Of a stretch of DNA of 64,000 bases, positions 23,905 through 36,824 are shown one piece after another. Position numbers and translations under genes: made by a program. Source of the DNA: Octopus sinensis (taxonomy: Eukaryota); NCBI RefSeq assembly GCF_006345805.1, contig NC_042999.1, positions 9,610,001 through 9,674,000 of the forward strand, written 5' to 3'. Below the pieces are notes generated by a model. That model made no database searches, had not been told where the DNA came from, and was given only the letters and a program-made list of their open reading frames with translations. Each line of letters starts with the position of its first letter. Positions within the stretch are counted from its first letter, which is position 1.

Positions 23905-24677
23905 GGATCTTTTCACTTTGACCGGTAGATTAAAAAATATTTTTTTTGTGGCTGTGTGGTAAGTAGCTTGTTTACCAACCACATGGTTCCGGGTTCAGTC
24001 CCACTGCGTGGCACCTTGGGCAAGTGTCTTCTACTATAGCCTCGGGACGACCAAAGCCTTGTGAGTGGATTTGGTAGACGGAAACTGAAAGAAGCCCGTC
24101 GTATATATGTATATATATGTATGTGCTTGTATGTTTGTGTGTCTGTGTTTGTCCCCCTAGCATTGCTTGACAACCGATGCTAGTGTGTTTACGTCGCCGT
24201 CACTTAGCGGTTCGGCAAAAGAAACCGATAGAATAAGTACTAGGCTTACAAAAGAATAGGTCCCGGGGTCGAGTTGCTCGATTAAAGGCAGTGCTCCAGC
24301 ATGGCCGCAGTCAAATGACTGAAACAAGTATAAGAGTAATAACTTCCTGCGGTCTCTATTTGGTTTGTCACTGTTATTTATGACATATTTCATCTCAGTT
24401 ACGTTCGTATGAATAAAAGATTGTGGGGTTAGGGTTAGGGGTGAGGGAAGGGTTTCTTTTTTCTTCAGAAATGTAAATAAACCCACGTGGGTTTATAAGT
24501 GACAGCAGAAATTGTATTCACCTCAATAGACGTCATTGATTGGTTCAAATTGCCGAAATGCAAAAAAATTAACAAATAGCTTACAAACTACAGAGTTTTC
24601 TCAAGAAAGCTGAGAGAAAAAGATGTTTTACGTAACACATTCTACTAATATACGAAGTTTAAAAGTGTTTAGTTAAA
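23905..24677. mobile_element. second copy of the palindromic MITE, disrupted by SINE A and ending at (GATA)n
   Basis: ggatcttttcactttgaccggtagatt (23905) and gttttctcaagaaagctgagagaaaaagatg...cgaagtttaaaagtg (24595-24670) match 31733-32040. Confidence 0.7.
23948..24337 (+). mobile_element. SINE family A, full length
   Basis: Near-identical to other A copies. Confidence 0.95.
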
Positions 24678-24687
24678 CAGACAGACG

Positions 24688-24750
<63 letters not shown>
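24688..24750. repeat. (GATA)n flanking the Tx1 3' end
   Basis: Direct inspection. Confidence 0.97.
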
Positions 24751-24752
<2 letters not shown>

Positions 24753-25750
24753 GTTTCTTTATTGGCCACACAGGGCTGCACACAGATGGGACAAGTTACA
24801 AGGTAGAGCTTTTCTTTTGGGGGATGAAAAAAACAAAAAACAAAAGAAAAAAAAGGGGTGGCGTAGGTTTTCGATCAAGAGGGATCGTAAAAGGGAAGAA
24901 AAGAACAAAAAAAATAAATAAAATAAAATAAAAAATAAAAAGAATAAAAAGCAAAAAAAGAAAAGGAAAAGGAACAAAAGAAAAGAGAAATGGAAAAAGA
25001 AAAAAAAAGGGGAAAAAAAGGGGAAGAGGAAAAAAAAACGATCAATAGGGATCGTGTATCACAGTGTTATGATATATGGTGTAAAGGGGAAAGCAAGTAA
25101 GGTTTATCCGTGGGAAGAAAAGCCTACGAAAAAGACCACGGTAACCTTGGTCAATATTGTTTTATGTTACCACATTTGTTTGCAAGTGGGTAACCCTCTG
25201 TTTTCAATTTCTGGGTTCATAGGATTATGCTCAAGGTGGCTTCGTCATTCATACGTGCCATCCTTGCTACATTCACCCATCTTTTTTTAAAACATTCGCT
25301 ACACAAAACTTGCCTCTCTACTCTCACTTTCCTTTTTAAGTGGTACTTGAAGAAGTTGATGAGAGATTGACCAGAGAGGAAAGTGTTTGCCTCCAATCCT
25401 TTCAGACGCGTCCACCAGATACATTCTTTCGCCATAGCCACAAGGATGATGAAAATAGCTCTTCCTTCCCGTTTGAAGGAAGGAGGCGTGACAATATTGA
25501 CGATAGACTCAGCTGATAAACCGACTCGTCCCACACGTGACAGCAGTTGTTCGACATAAGCCCACAGGTTGGAAATTGTTGGACACTGCACGAGTGCGTG
25601 CAGAACGGTTTCGTCGCTCTGACCGCATCTCGGGCAGGTCGGCCCCGTGTTTCTCGAGCCGTGTCTGTAGAGCTTATCCCGAACGGGTAGCGCTTCTCGG
25701 TAGCACTGCCAGGCCAGGGATCTCTGGAAGTTGTCCATGGGCCCTGGCCC

Positions 25751-25754
<4 letters not shown>
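24751..25754 (-). mobile_element. Tx1/L1-clade LINE, 5'-truncated (ORF2 C-terminus with CCHC knuckle plus 3' UTR)
   Basis: ORF 25217-25864 after the microsatellite reads FGPGPMDNFQRSLAWQCYREALPVRDKLYRHG...TCPRCGQSDETVLHALVQC. This is an L1/Tx1 zinc knuckle homologous to 63070-63590. Confidence 0.9.

Positions 25755-25845
<91 letters not shown>
25755..25845. repeat. (GATA)n flanking the Tx1 5' junction
   Basis: Direct inspection. Confidence 0.97.
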
Positions 25846-27678
25846 CTATGGCGTTAAGAATCAAGATACTTCCAATAGCTTATTAAAACAACTGCCTGTC
25901 ACTCTCTCTCTCTTCCCCTCTCCCTCTCTTCTCCCCCTTTTTCTCTTCCCCTCTCTCTGTCCCTCTCTCTCTCCCCACATATGTATGTATATGAATTGTA
26001 TATATACGTGTGTCTATGTTTGCGTGTATGTATGCAAAATGTATTTGTCTTTACATTGTTGTTTATGTAATGTTCCTTAGCGTTCTTTAACTCAACGGTT
26101 CGACAAACAGTAATCCGATGTCGTGATAACGGATCCTTGCAACGCCACAGAACCTCAAATTTATGGGAAGAGAAACGGGATTATGAGGCTGTTATGCCTT
26201 TTCTCAAAACTTTTGTGGTGTAAACAAAGTGAACGGGTTTTTAAGCGAGACTCGAAACCGAGGCCACCATTCTTTCCGTCGAGTTTAGCTCTTAAACCCT
26301 GCAATTCTCTTGAGTAATTCTTAGCACAAAAGTGGAACTATCAACTGGAATAATAGCCAAAGAAATGAAATCAATTACTGGAGTCTTAAAATAGATTGGT
26401 ATCTAACTGCATTAGATACTCCAAGCTATTACAGAATGAATAATTGATAAACGCTTAGATGAGTTCACAGGGTTCCCCAATGAGAAAAACTATGCCATTG
26501 AAACAAGATTTACTTCGATCGTATATCATGCTTTTTATAATCTTCGTGGCAATGTGATTGGTTTAAAGGGAACCATATAAGCGGCCATTTCAATGTAAAT
26601 TTTACTCTTAACTCAGGATAATTGCCAAGAGTTGGTTTTTAGCTGAAGAATGAAACAAATATTTAAAAATAAAACCTTTTTAATGGAAATGTTTTGCAAT
26701 AAAACAGTAGCCTGTGCTTAGCAATGGAATTATTAACCACAAAATAATAGAATCATAGAAATGGTAAAGCGCTACGCTAAAATCTTTACAATAGATAATT
26801 CTTCCATCTCAATGATTTAAATTCAAATCATTCTGGGCTGCACTTGGTTCTTAATCCCTTCAGGTCCGTAATATAGATATCACGCGGGAAACTGTCGTAA
26901 TTTTATTGATTTTGTTAGTTTTCTATAAACGTGTGGATTCGCAAAACATGATTACCTGGAAGCTAGCAGATATATAATTATGTGTCTATTCTGGTACAAA
27001 TCGCTTAAAGAGAGGTGTTCTGCGAAATACACCAGCGATCAGTATATCCAGGTTCAAATCTGTGAGAAGGAAATGGGAATAGATATTGTTCGGATTCTTG
27101 CTGTTCTTCAGATATCAGCGCCCATCAGCAAATAATTCACTGATTTCTATAAACGAAAGCCAATACTCTAGTTTAGAATCATTGATCTGGAATAGCTTTG
27201 ACTGAAGAGACATAAAATATGGTCAAAACATTTTAATGGTTTTCTATAAACGTGTGGATTCGCAAAGCATGATTACATGAAAGCTAGCAGAAATGTAATG
27301 ATGTGTCTATTCATTCTGGTACAAATCTCGAAGACCCCTTACGACAATGAACTGCATGTGCTATGAACACACACCATCCAAAGAGACAGATAACAGTGGT
27401 TAGCATACTCACGTTCAAATATTGCAGAGCGTATTAAGAAATATTAAGCTTGTTATTGTTTAAACTCCCGCTGCTTTTTGCGAGCACCATACGAAATACG
27501 TATTAGAATGCGTATGCTAGAAATATCGCTTGGAAAGACTCTTTCCCGGAATCAATAAGGAAATTATTTTCAAAAAATCTGATGTCAGTGTGAAGAGATT
27601 TGTTAACCGGTTTCGGTTTTGGCTTAAAGCGGTTTCTTTACGGCAATAATTGTTTCAAATATGAAAGAACAGATAAAA

Positions 27679-28073
27679 GGCGGCGAGCTGGCGGAAACGG
27701 TAGCACGCCGGGCGAAACGCGTAACCGTATTTCGTCTGCCGTTTCGTCCTGAGTTCAAATTCCGCCGAGGTCGACTTTGCCTTTCATCCTTCGGGGTCGA
27801 TAAATTGAATACCAATTACGCACTGGGGGGATCGATGTAGTCGAATTAATCCGTTCGTCTATCCTTGTTTGTCCTCTCTGTGTTTAGCCCCTTCTGGATA
27901 GTAAAGAAATAGGTATTTCGTCTGTCTTTACGTTCTGAGTTCAAATTCCGCCAAGATCGACTTTGCCTTTCATCCTTTCGGGGTCGATGAATTGAGTACC
28001 AGCTGCGTACTGGATTCGATCTATCGTTCCCCAAAAGTTTCGGGCTTTGTACCTAGAATAGAAAAAAAATTAT
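27679..28073 (+). mobile_element. SINE family B dimer
   Basis: Head-core-Tx1 tail, ggtatttcgtctg half-head, core, tail 2 (ctttgtacctagaatagaaaaaaaattatt). Confidence 0.92.
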
Positions 28074-28171
28074 TTGTGAGATTTGACTGTTATTTCTAGC
28101 ATGTCGAAGGCCACGGCCGTAGAATCGGGAGGGGTTGGGGTAATTTTTTCTTTTCTGAAAAATTGAAATTA

Positions 28172-28207
<36 letters not shown>

Positions 28208-28444
28208 ATCATAATCTCCGTATTTTTCTACGTTTTTTGTAAAAGAAATTTCCGGAAAAAGTGAAAAAGGAAGAAAGGATAGTGGGGAGGAGGATTGAAG
28301 TTTTGCAGTTACGATTTTTGAAAAGATTTTTTTATGTTTCAGAATCAGAATCTCCAAAGCTGAAAATGTGGGATTCCGTAAAAAAAAAAATTCTAAAGGG
28401 TTGGAGGGGGCCGTTTACGTCTCCGCCATGTGCGTCCCGATATC

Positions 28445-28852
28445 AACATATCTTTTCTACTCTAGACCCAGGCCCGAAATTTTGGGGGAGGGAGCCAGTG
28501 GATTAGGTACGCAACTGGTACCTAATTTCTTAATTTATCGACTCCGAAAAGATGGAAGGTAAAGTCGACCTCGGTGGAATTTGAAGTCAGAACGTCTTTA
28601 CGTTCTGAAGACGGACGAAATACCTATTTCTTTACTGCCCACGAGGGGCTAAACACAGAGGGGACAAACAAGGACAGACAAACGGATTAAGCTGATTATA
28701 TCGACACCAGTGCGTAACTGGTACTTAATTCATCGACCCCGAAAGGATGAAAGGCAAAGTCGACCTCCACGGAATTTGAACTCAGAACGTAGCGGCAGGC
28801 GAAATACTGCTAAGCATTTCGCCCAGCGTACTAACGTTTCTGCCAGCTCGCC
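28445..28852 (-). mobile_element. SINE family B dimer
   Basis: Same architecture on the minus strand. Confidence 0.92.
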
Positions 28853-28855
28853 TTC

Positions 28856-28856
<1 letters not shown>

Positions 28857-28947
<91 letters not shown>
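28857..28947. repeat. (TTA)n immediately followed by (TAA)n
   Basis: Direct inspection. The centre attaat is at 28901-28906. Confidence 0.97.
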
Positions 28948-28951
<4 letters not shown>

Positions 28952-29810
28952 TACAATCAATGTTAAAAGCAAAGCGAAATGACTACAGCGAGAATCGAAA
29001 CCAAATCGCAGAATCAGTCACCTGAAAAATTATTTCTTATTCAACTAAACTTATTTCTGGTTATAGGAATTTAAGGGATAGTTCTTGGCACGTGTGTTTG
29101 TACATCTGTGAGGAGCATTAGGGATTCTGATACATTAAATAAATACGTGAGGCAACCAGTTAGGGGGCAGGTGGAGGTGCGGGGAGACCAAGCACTGTAT
29201 TCGTAGCCCCGATCTGATGAAAAACGGAGATAACCGAAATAATTTCTTTTAACTGATGTTTTTAAACGGAAGAACATTGTGCACGGAACTGAGAAACGAA
29301 TTATCAAAGCGTAAATAATGTTATCGTAGGTTCAAATGGAATCAAAGACTGAAAAAAGCAGTGGAGATTTTGACATTTTTTGGAGTGTTTTCTTTATAAA
29401 CCTGGCTGAAAGTTATCCCTTAATAAAATATAAAAGAATGCGGAACGCATTTTTTTTTTTAGAGTTTTTTGAATCTTTAACTCGAGACCGACTGTGGAGC
29501 TTTGCTGTGGTCATTCATTTTGCTAGTAATGGCTGCAAAATCTCCGATAAATTAATTACGTTGGTCATGGCTGAAACATCTTCGATTAGAGGTCTGCTTC
29601 ATCAGAGCTGATTTGTAGTTATGCAAAAAGTTCAGATAAAAAGATACAATTGAAAATATTTCAAACAGAAGATCAAATCGTTTATTGTAATCCTAGATAG
29701 ACTGTGGCTGATAAGAAACAAGGGATGGACGTAGCCAGAAATACGTTCGGTCATAGCTTTGCGGTTTATGGCTGACTTTACAGCACGGTCTCTCATTAAA
29801 CACACTCCCT

Positions 29811-29910
<100 letters not shown>

Positions 29911-30120
29911 TATACACTCCTGTTTGAAAAACAAAACTGGGAGAACCATTGTTCGAAGGAAAGTTTTAATCCATAAAACAGATCGGAAATTCTAAAGAAA
30001 GATGATTAATTGTCTACAAGCAATCATTTCTATTCGCCATCTATATAAATACATGTGTCTGCACGCCTATATGTGTGTTTGTATGTATGTGTATGTGTAC
30101 ACTTATATGAATATGTGCAT

Positions 30121-30277
30121 AGGACTGGCTGTGTGGTAAGTAGCTTGTTTACCAATCACATGGTTCCGGGTTCAGTCCCACTGCGTGGCACCTTGGGCAA
30201 GTGTCTTCTACTATAGCCTCGGGCCGACCAAAGCCTTGTGAGTGGATTTGGTAGACGGAAACTGAAAGAAGCCCGTC

Positions 30278-30312
<35 letters not shown>

Positions 30313-30520
30313 CGTGTGTGTGTTTGTGTCTGTGTTTGTCCTCCTAGCATTGCTTGACAACCGCTGCTGTGTTTATGTCCCCCGCTACTTAGCGGTTCGG
30401 CAAAAGAGACCGATAGAATAAGTACTGGGCTTACAAAAGAATAAGTCCCGGGGTCGAGTTGCTCGATTAAAGGCGGTGCTCCAGCATGGCCGCAGTCAAA
30501 TGACTGAAACAAGTAAAAGA
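30121..30520 (+). mobile_element. SINE family A, full length
   Basis: Head to tail intact. Confidence 0.95.
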
Positions 30521-30524
30521 AAAA

Positions 30525-30532
30525 AGATATGA

Positions 30533-30563
<31 letters not shown>

Positions 30564-30584
30564 ACATATTCATGTATATATATG

Positions 30585-30634
<50 letters not shown>

Positions 30635-30770
30635 CATATATATATATAATATACATATTCATGTATAAATATATATATATATATATAAATATACATATTC
30701 ATGTATAAATATATATATATATATATATAATATATATATATAAATATACATATTCATGTATAAATATATA

Positions 30771-30810
<40 letters not shown>

Positions 30811-30825
30811 TACAGTATATATAGT
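30525..30825. repeat. (TA)n array with a recurring atacatattcatgtataaat unit
   Basis: The motif recurs at about 30562, 30651, 30690 and 30746. Confidence 0.85.
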
Positions 30826-31732
30826 TCTTCGTGTTTCACTTTCATTGTTGTTATTCTTTGGTGGGCGGTTGGCCTGTAAAATATTTAATAATATTAACCG
30901 ATAAAATGTTACAATAATGCCTCTCTCTAAAATGCGAAAAATTCCGAGATGAGTTTACCCACGCACTTGCGAAAATTGTGCACCAGCGTCCACATTAATA
31001 TATGTGCGTGCATACGAAATGTGTACGTGTGTGTGTGTATATATATATGTATGTATGGTGTGCCTGTGTGTACTCGTGTGTGTGTGTGTGTGTATGTATA
31101 TATGTGTCTGTGTGTACATGCGTGCTTGTTTTTCCTCTGACTTACACAATGAAACTATTTTCTGTGACCATTGATAATTGAAGATAAGCTTTACAATGTG
31201 TAGGAAAGTTTGTTTTCATAAGAAATGGTGTCTGTGTTATCTTTGCATTTAATTCAATTTGGTGCGGCTTATGAAGTGTTACATACAGCCTTCATTGAAA
31301 ACTAAGCCGTTGACCGTGTGTCGTGTAGCGTAATAGTAGGTTGAGAGATATGTACTCCACGAACTGAGAGGCTGCAAAGCAAAAGCTTCTAGCGAATATA
31401 TTGCCATTTTAAAAGAAACAAGGGCAAAATAATAAAATCTCAGAAAAGATCGTGCTTCGAAATGAAGCGTTGCTACACGTGAGTCGATACATCATTTTAA
31501 CATCAATATTGATAGTTAATAGCTTGGTCATAAATGTGTTCTGTTCTTCCTCTGTGTGTCTGTGTCTCTTTGTTGCTTGAACAAGGTCAGGATAAATACT
31601 TTCCTGATGACGCCTATTGAAGCTGAAACACCGATCCACGACTCTCCTTTTATATCCAGACAATAAACCTGCCCGTTTCCTTAATGGCATCTCATTTTTG
31701 GAAAATTGCTGATTCTTAAGATTATCCCCCTT

Positions 31733-32040
31733 GGATCTTTTCACTTTGACCGGCAGATTTATAGAATAATTTCTTTGTAACTAAACACTTTTAGACTTCG
31801 TATACTGGTAGAATGTGTTTATAAAACATCTTTTTCTCTTGGCTTTCTTGAGAAAATTCTATAGTTTGTAAGCTATTTGTTATTAACTTTCTTGCATTTC
31901 GGCAAACTACAGAATTTTCTCAAGAAAGCCAAGAGAAAAAGATATTTTATGTAACACATTCTACCAGTATACGAAGTTTAAAAGTATTTAGTTACAAAGA
32001 AATTATTTTAAAAATCTGCCGGTCAAAGTGAAAAATATCC
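31733..32040. mobile_element. palindromic MITE (~308 bp, arms ~125 bp)
   Basis: ggatctttttcactttgaccggcagattt ... aaatctgccggtcaaagtgaaaaatatcc. The inverse symmetry continues inward (cttcgtatactggtagaatgtgtt / aacacattctaccagtatacgaag; ttggctttcttgagaaaattct / agaattttctcaagaaagccaa). Confidence 0.9.
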
Positions 32041-32699
32041 TCTCCCTTTCTCGTGTGTCTCAATAACCATTTGGCAATTTTGACACATTCTCTAAAAATC
32101 AAAAATTTATGTTGTATGGTATTTGATATACCTGTATTTGTTTATGTTCTTAAAGGTTAATACTTGGTTGGTGACAGTCAAAGAATCATAGGTAATCTCC
32201 TGGCTTACTGAGGCCGCGATACGGTTTCGAGTCACAAAGACATTTCACATTCTTTCGTGCGACCTTATTTCCCAGAGTAAAGCTTGAACATGAAAAAAAC
32301 TTTCATTCTATATTTGTATAATATAAGACTCTGTGTCTTATACCAACATACTTTTGATTCCACATCGAATGAATTCCTTTTCCCATTTTGCTCCTTATAC
32401 CATTAGAAAACAATCAATGTTACAATATTCTTAGACAGCTGGGGTTGTTAGAAACGCTACACTTGGTCTCCGGGTGAAAGGTTTTCCGGTATCAAGTTTC
32501 GTTCTTCTAGTTCTTCTCTTGCAATCTCGCTGCCGTTTTTGTCATTCGTTCCTTCAAATGGAACAACCAATATTCAGTAGTCGCAACAGATTTTACCCAA
32601 CCTAATTCAAATCAATTGGCTTTGTATTAAGTCAACAGAGATCAGTGTTAATAGCAGAGACTTGCTTTTTTTAATTTTAATACAACCTTTTTATCTTCA

Positions 32700-32717
32700 G
32701 TTATATATATGTATATA

Positions 32718-32769
<52 letters not shown>

Positions 32770-33141
32770 GTGTGTGTGTGTGTGTGTGTGTATGTATATA
32801 TATATATATGTAGGTATATATATATATGCATATATATGTATATATATATGTATATATATGTATGTATATATATGTATATATATGTATGTATTATATATGT
32901 ATATATATGTATGTATATATATGTATATATATGTATGTATATATATGTATATATATGTATATATATGTATGTATATATATGTATATATATGTATGTATAT
33001 ATATATGTATATATATGTATATATATATGTATGTATATATATGTATATATATGTATGTATATATATGTATATATATATGTATGTATATATATGTATATAT
33101 ATGTATGTATATATGTGTATATATATGTATGTATATATATG

Positions 33142-33142
<1 letters not shown>
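32700..33142. repeat. complex (TA)n/(TATG)n/(TG)n array
   Basis: Direct inspection. Confidence 0.95.
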
Positions 33143-33173
<31 letters not shown>

Positions 33174-35215
33174 CCAGTTTCAGCTTATGAGCTGTGGCCA
33201 TGCTGGGGCACCGCCATTTGGTGTTGCTACTTGGTTTCACTTCATGGAGGCTTTCTAGCAACTGCTATTTGGTGCATGAGAGAGTTCGATGCAGCTGCCC
33301 TCATCTGCCCCTCCTGCCGTGAAGTTGGTTCATCTGGGACACCTGACAGGAAGAGATCCAGCTCCATTTTAAAGACATCTGTATCCACCCCATGCAGGTC
33401 TCTCAGGTTCATCGGGAGGATATTGAAGAGCTGTGGGCCTCGGAAGCCCAGGCTATCACAGAATCTTGTCCTACATCTTGATGGCAAGTTTGGAGTCCTA
33501 GGCACCACGCAGTGGCGCCCAGTTCTGGCATTTGCGTAACTCTCGATGCCAAAGTTCAGGACACTTCCCTCCAGGATCTTCCAGATGTATATTATGGCAT
33601 ATCTTTCCCGCCTACGCTCCAGGGAATATAATTTTAATCTCTTGAGTCTTTCCCAGTAGCTTACATTCTGCATAGAGGCTATCTTCTTCGTGTAGCTTCG
33701 TTGGATCGCCTCAAGTTCTGTGATCAACTTGACACTGGATGGTGACCATAGCTGAGAGCAATAGTCAAAGTGACTTAGGACAAGTGTCTTCCAGAGGACC
33801 ATCATGGTTTCTTGTTCTCTTGTTCTAAAGGTTCTAAGAATCCATCCAGCCAGCCGTCTGCATTTCACTGTCAGTTTAGCAACATGTACATGAAAGGTCG
33901 CGTCATCACTCATGTGAATACCCAGGTCACGCACTGATTGTGCCTCTGGGATTGCAATCCCTCCGTTCCAGTGTATTCCTTGGGTATTGCATTCAGTTTT
34001 GCATGCTGATAGTATAAAGCTTGAAACTTTTCAGCATTGAACTGCATGCTATTCTTTTCAGCCCACTTGTATATTTCGTCCAGCTCATATTGCAGGTGCC
34101 TAGTGTCTTCAGGGTTCTGTATTGCCTGTGAAACTTTTGTATCATCTGCATAACTTGTGATCGTGGCTCTCCGCGTGGCTGAGGGCATGTCTGAGAGGGC
34201 CATTATGAACAGTAGTGGTCCCAAAACAGTGCCCTGTGGAACACCGCTCACTATTTCCGTGCTAATGGAAGTGGCCCCATTGGCTACTACCACCTGACTT
34301 CTATTCTTCAGAAAGTCGTGAAGGCATTCTCCTAGTTTTCCAACTATGCCAAGATCACGCAGTTTGTGACATATCATTCCATGATCGACTTTATCGAAGG
34401 CCTGTGCGAAGTCGAGATATATGACTTCCACATTTGAGTGGTTGAGCAGTTGTTTCAGCACCCAGTCATAGTGCTGCAGGAGCTGAGTTAAGCAGCTTCT
34501 TCCTGGTCGGAAACCATGTTGGGTGTCAGGCAGCAAGTCATTTTCTTCAAGGAAGGTGATTAGTTTCCTTCTGACTATTCGTTCCATGACCTTGCTGATG
34601 TGTGAGGTCAGAGAGATAGGTCTGTAGTTCTTGGCCTCCGCTCTGCTACCTCCTTTATGAATAGGGCATATTTTACCTTCCTTCAGTTTTCTTGGAAGTT
34701 TGCCAGCTGCAAGGAAGCTCTGAAAGAGGAACTGCAGTGGTCTTGCTAAGACTCTCTTACATACTTTTAGGAGGATTGCCGGGAATCCATCGGGGCCAAT
34801 AGCTGAGTCTATTTTCATTTCATCTATAGCCTTTATTACATCGTCTTCCTTTATATCGATGTAATTTAACGTCACCGCCTCTGATTCTATATCTGCAGTG
34901 GTAAAAAAGTCAGTTGGATTGCTGATTTGGAAATGCCCAAGGGGTGGAGTGAAAACACTCTTGAATTGTTCATTCAGTATTTCACTTACCCTCATTGGTT
35001 TTCCTGTGAGTGTGCCATCCTTTTCAAGGAGTGGCCCTATTCTACAGTGCACCGTAGCTGTTTCTTTGGCATACCTGTAGAAAGCTCTGGGGTTAGTTTT
35101 TATGTTGTCTATAGCCCAGGCTTCTTTGTCTGCTCTTTCCTTCTCATGGGAGAGTTGCAGACAATTTTCAATTTCCAACAGTTTTATTTTCAGGCGGGAC
35201 TTTTCACTGCTTTCA
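33143..35215 (-). mobile_element. CR1-clade LINE, 5'-truncated, reverse transcriptase region with one frameshift and (AATC)n tail
   Basis: ORF 33910-35178 has RT motifs ([58 protein letters not shown]). ORF 33242-33934 continues DLGIHMS...YSLERRRERY. Frameshift near 33960. Confidence 0.95.
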
Positions 35216-35219
35216 ATTT

Positions 35220-35322
35220 GTATATGTATGTATATATATATATGTATATATATGTATATGTATGTATATATATATATGTATATATATATATGTATATGTA
35301 TGTATATATATATATATGTATG

Positions 35323-35397
<75 letters not shown>

Positions 35398-35568
35398 ATG
35401 TATATATATATATATATGTGTATATGTATATATATATGTATGTATATATATGTATATATATATATATGTATGTATATATACATGTATCTATATGTAGATA
35501 TATATATATGTATATATATATGTATGTATATATATATGTATATATATATATGTGTGTGTGTATGTGTG

Positions 35569-35600
<32 letters not shown>

Positions 35601-35609
35601 ATATATATA

Positions 35610-35668
<59 letters not shown>

Positions 35669-35710
35669 TGTGTGTGTGTGTGGTGTGTGTGTTGTGTGTG
35701 TGTGTGTATA
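35220..35710. repeat. complex (TA)n/(TATG)n/(TG)n array
   Basis: Direct inspection. Confidence 0.95.
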
Positions 35711-36207
35711 TTAGTAACTTATAAAAGAACTATTGTAGTCGTTTTGTTTCTTCACTGTTCAAAACCAGTCTGCGTTCTAAATGTCACAGCTAACAGCAAC
35801 CATTTAAGTGATGACGATGACGACGACGGTAAGACAAGAGAAAACAACCGCCCGACTATTTTAACCCGACTCTACACACAGCGGTGTGTGCTGCCAATTA
35901 TGATACAAGACAACCAACCATCACTGACATAATTTCTTTTCCCACTTAACACAGAAAGTCACAGAAAGACTCACAGAAAGTTTTTGTTTTGTCTTTTATT
36001 TTTTTGCATTTGTTTAGCATTTTTGTTGTTATTGTTTTCTTGTTTTAATTTGCTCTGCTAAGATGGTCTCAGATATTCACAGGAGCAAAGGTTAGGCAGG
36101 ACGAGATGGGCGGCAGTCAGATTCTTTTTGCTCCGTATCGTTCCCACAGGTGTGTTGGGAGAAGGAGTATATTTCTTTATTTACCTATAAAAAGGTTTAC
36201 ATATATA

Positions 36208-36378
36208 GGCGCAGGAGTGGCTGTGTGGTAAGTAGCTTGCTAACCAACCACATTGCTCCGGGTTCAGTCCCACTGCGTGGCATCTTGGGCAAGTGTCTTC
36301 TGCTATAGCCCCGGGCCGACCAATGCCTTGTGAGTGGATTTGGTAGACGGAAACTGAAAGAAGCCTGTCGTATATATG

Positions 36379-36409
<31 letters not shown>

Positions 36410-36602
36410 TTGTCCTCCTAGCATTGCTTGACAACCGATGCTGGTGCGTTTACGTCCCCGTTACTTGGCGGTTCGGCAAAAGAGACCGATAGAATAAGTA
36501 CTGGGCTTACAAAAGAATAAATCCTGGGGTCGAGTTGCTCGATTAAAAGGCGGTGCATGGCCGCAGTCAAATGGCTGAAACGGGTAAAAGAGTAAAAGAG
36601 TA
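36208..36602 (+). mobile_element. SINE family A, full length
   Basis: Head to tail intact. Confidence 0.95.
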
Positions 36603-36824
36603 TAGAGGGGACGTTTGGAGGAGAGACAAGGGACATGTAGGGTACAGACACGCTTCTTATATACAAGATGAAAAGACAGATGGATTTACATATATTATAC
36701 GGATGGGAGTTAAAAATATAAGTGATGATTGTATGGAAAGTGGGTTCCGGGCTAGTGAATTAACCCGCCGGTTGGTTATCCCTTTTGGTAATCTTTTTCC
36801 TTCCTTTTATGCTCCGACCGACCG

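Noticed and set aside
29560-29612. Minus-strand ctgatgaa...gaaga hammerhead-like string (also 40600-40640)
   Set aside because: There is no convincing stem II or GAAA.
32662-33261. Long ORFs rich in YI/CV/HT/IYLS (also 35190-35714, 40740-41591, 16063-16845, 48882-49271)
   Set aside because: They are translations of (TA)n, (TG)n, (CATA)n and (GATA)n microsatellites, not proteins.
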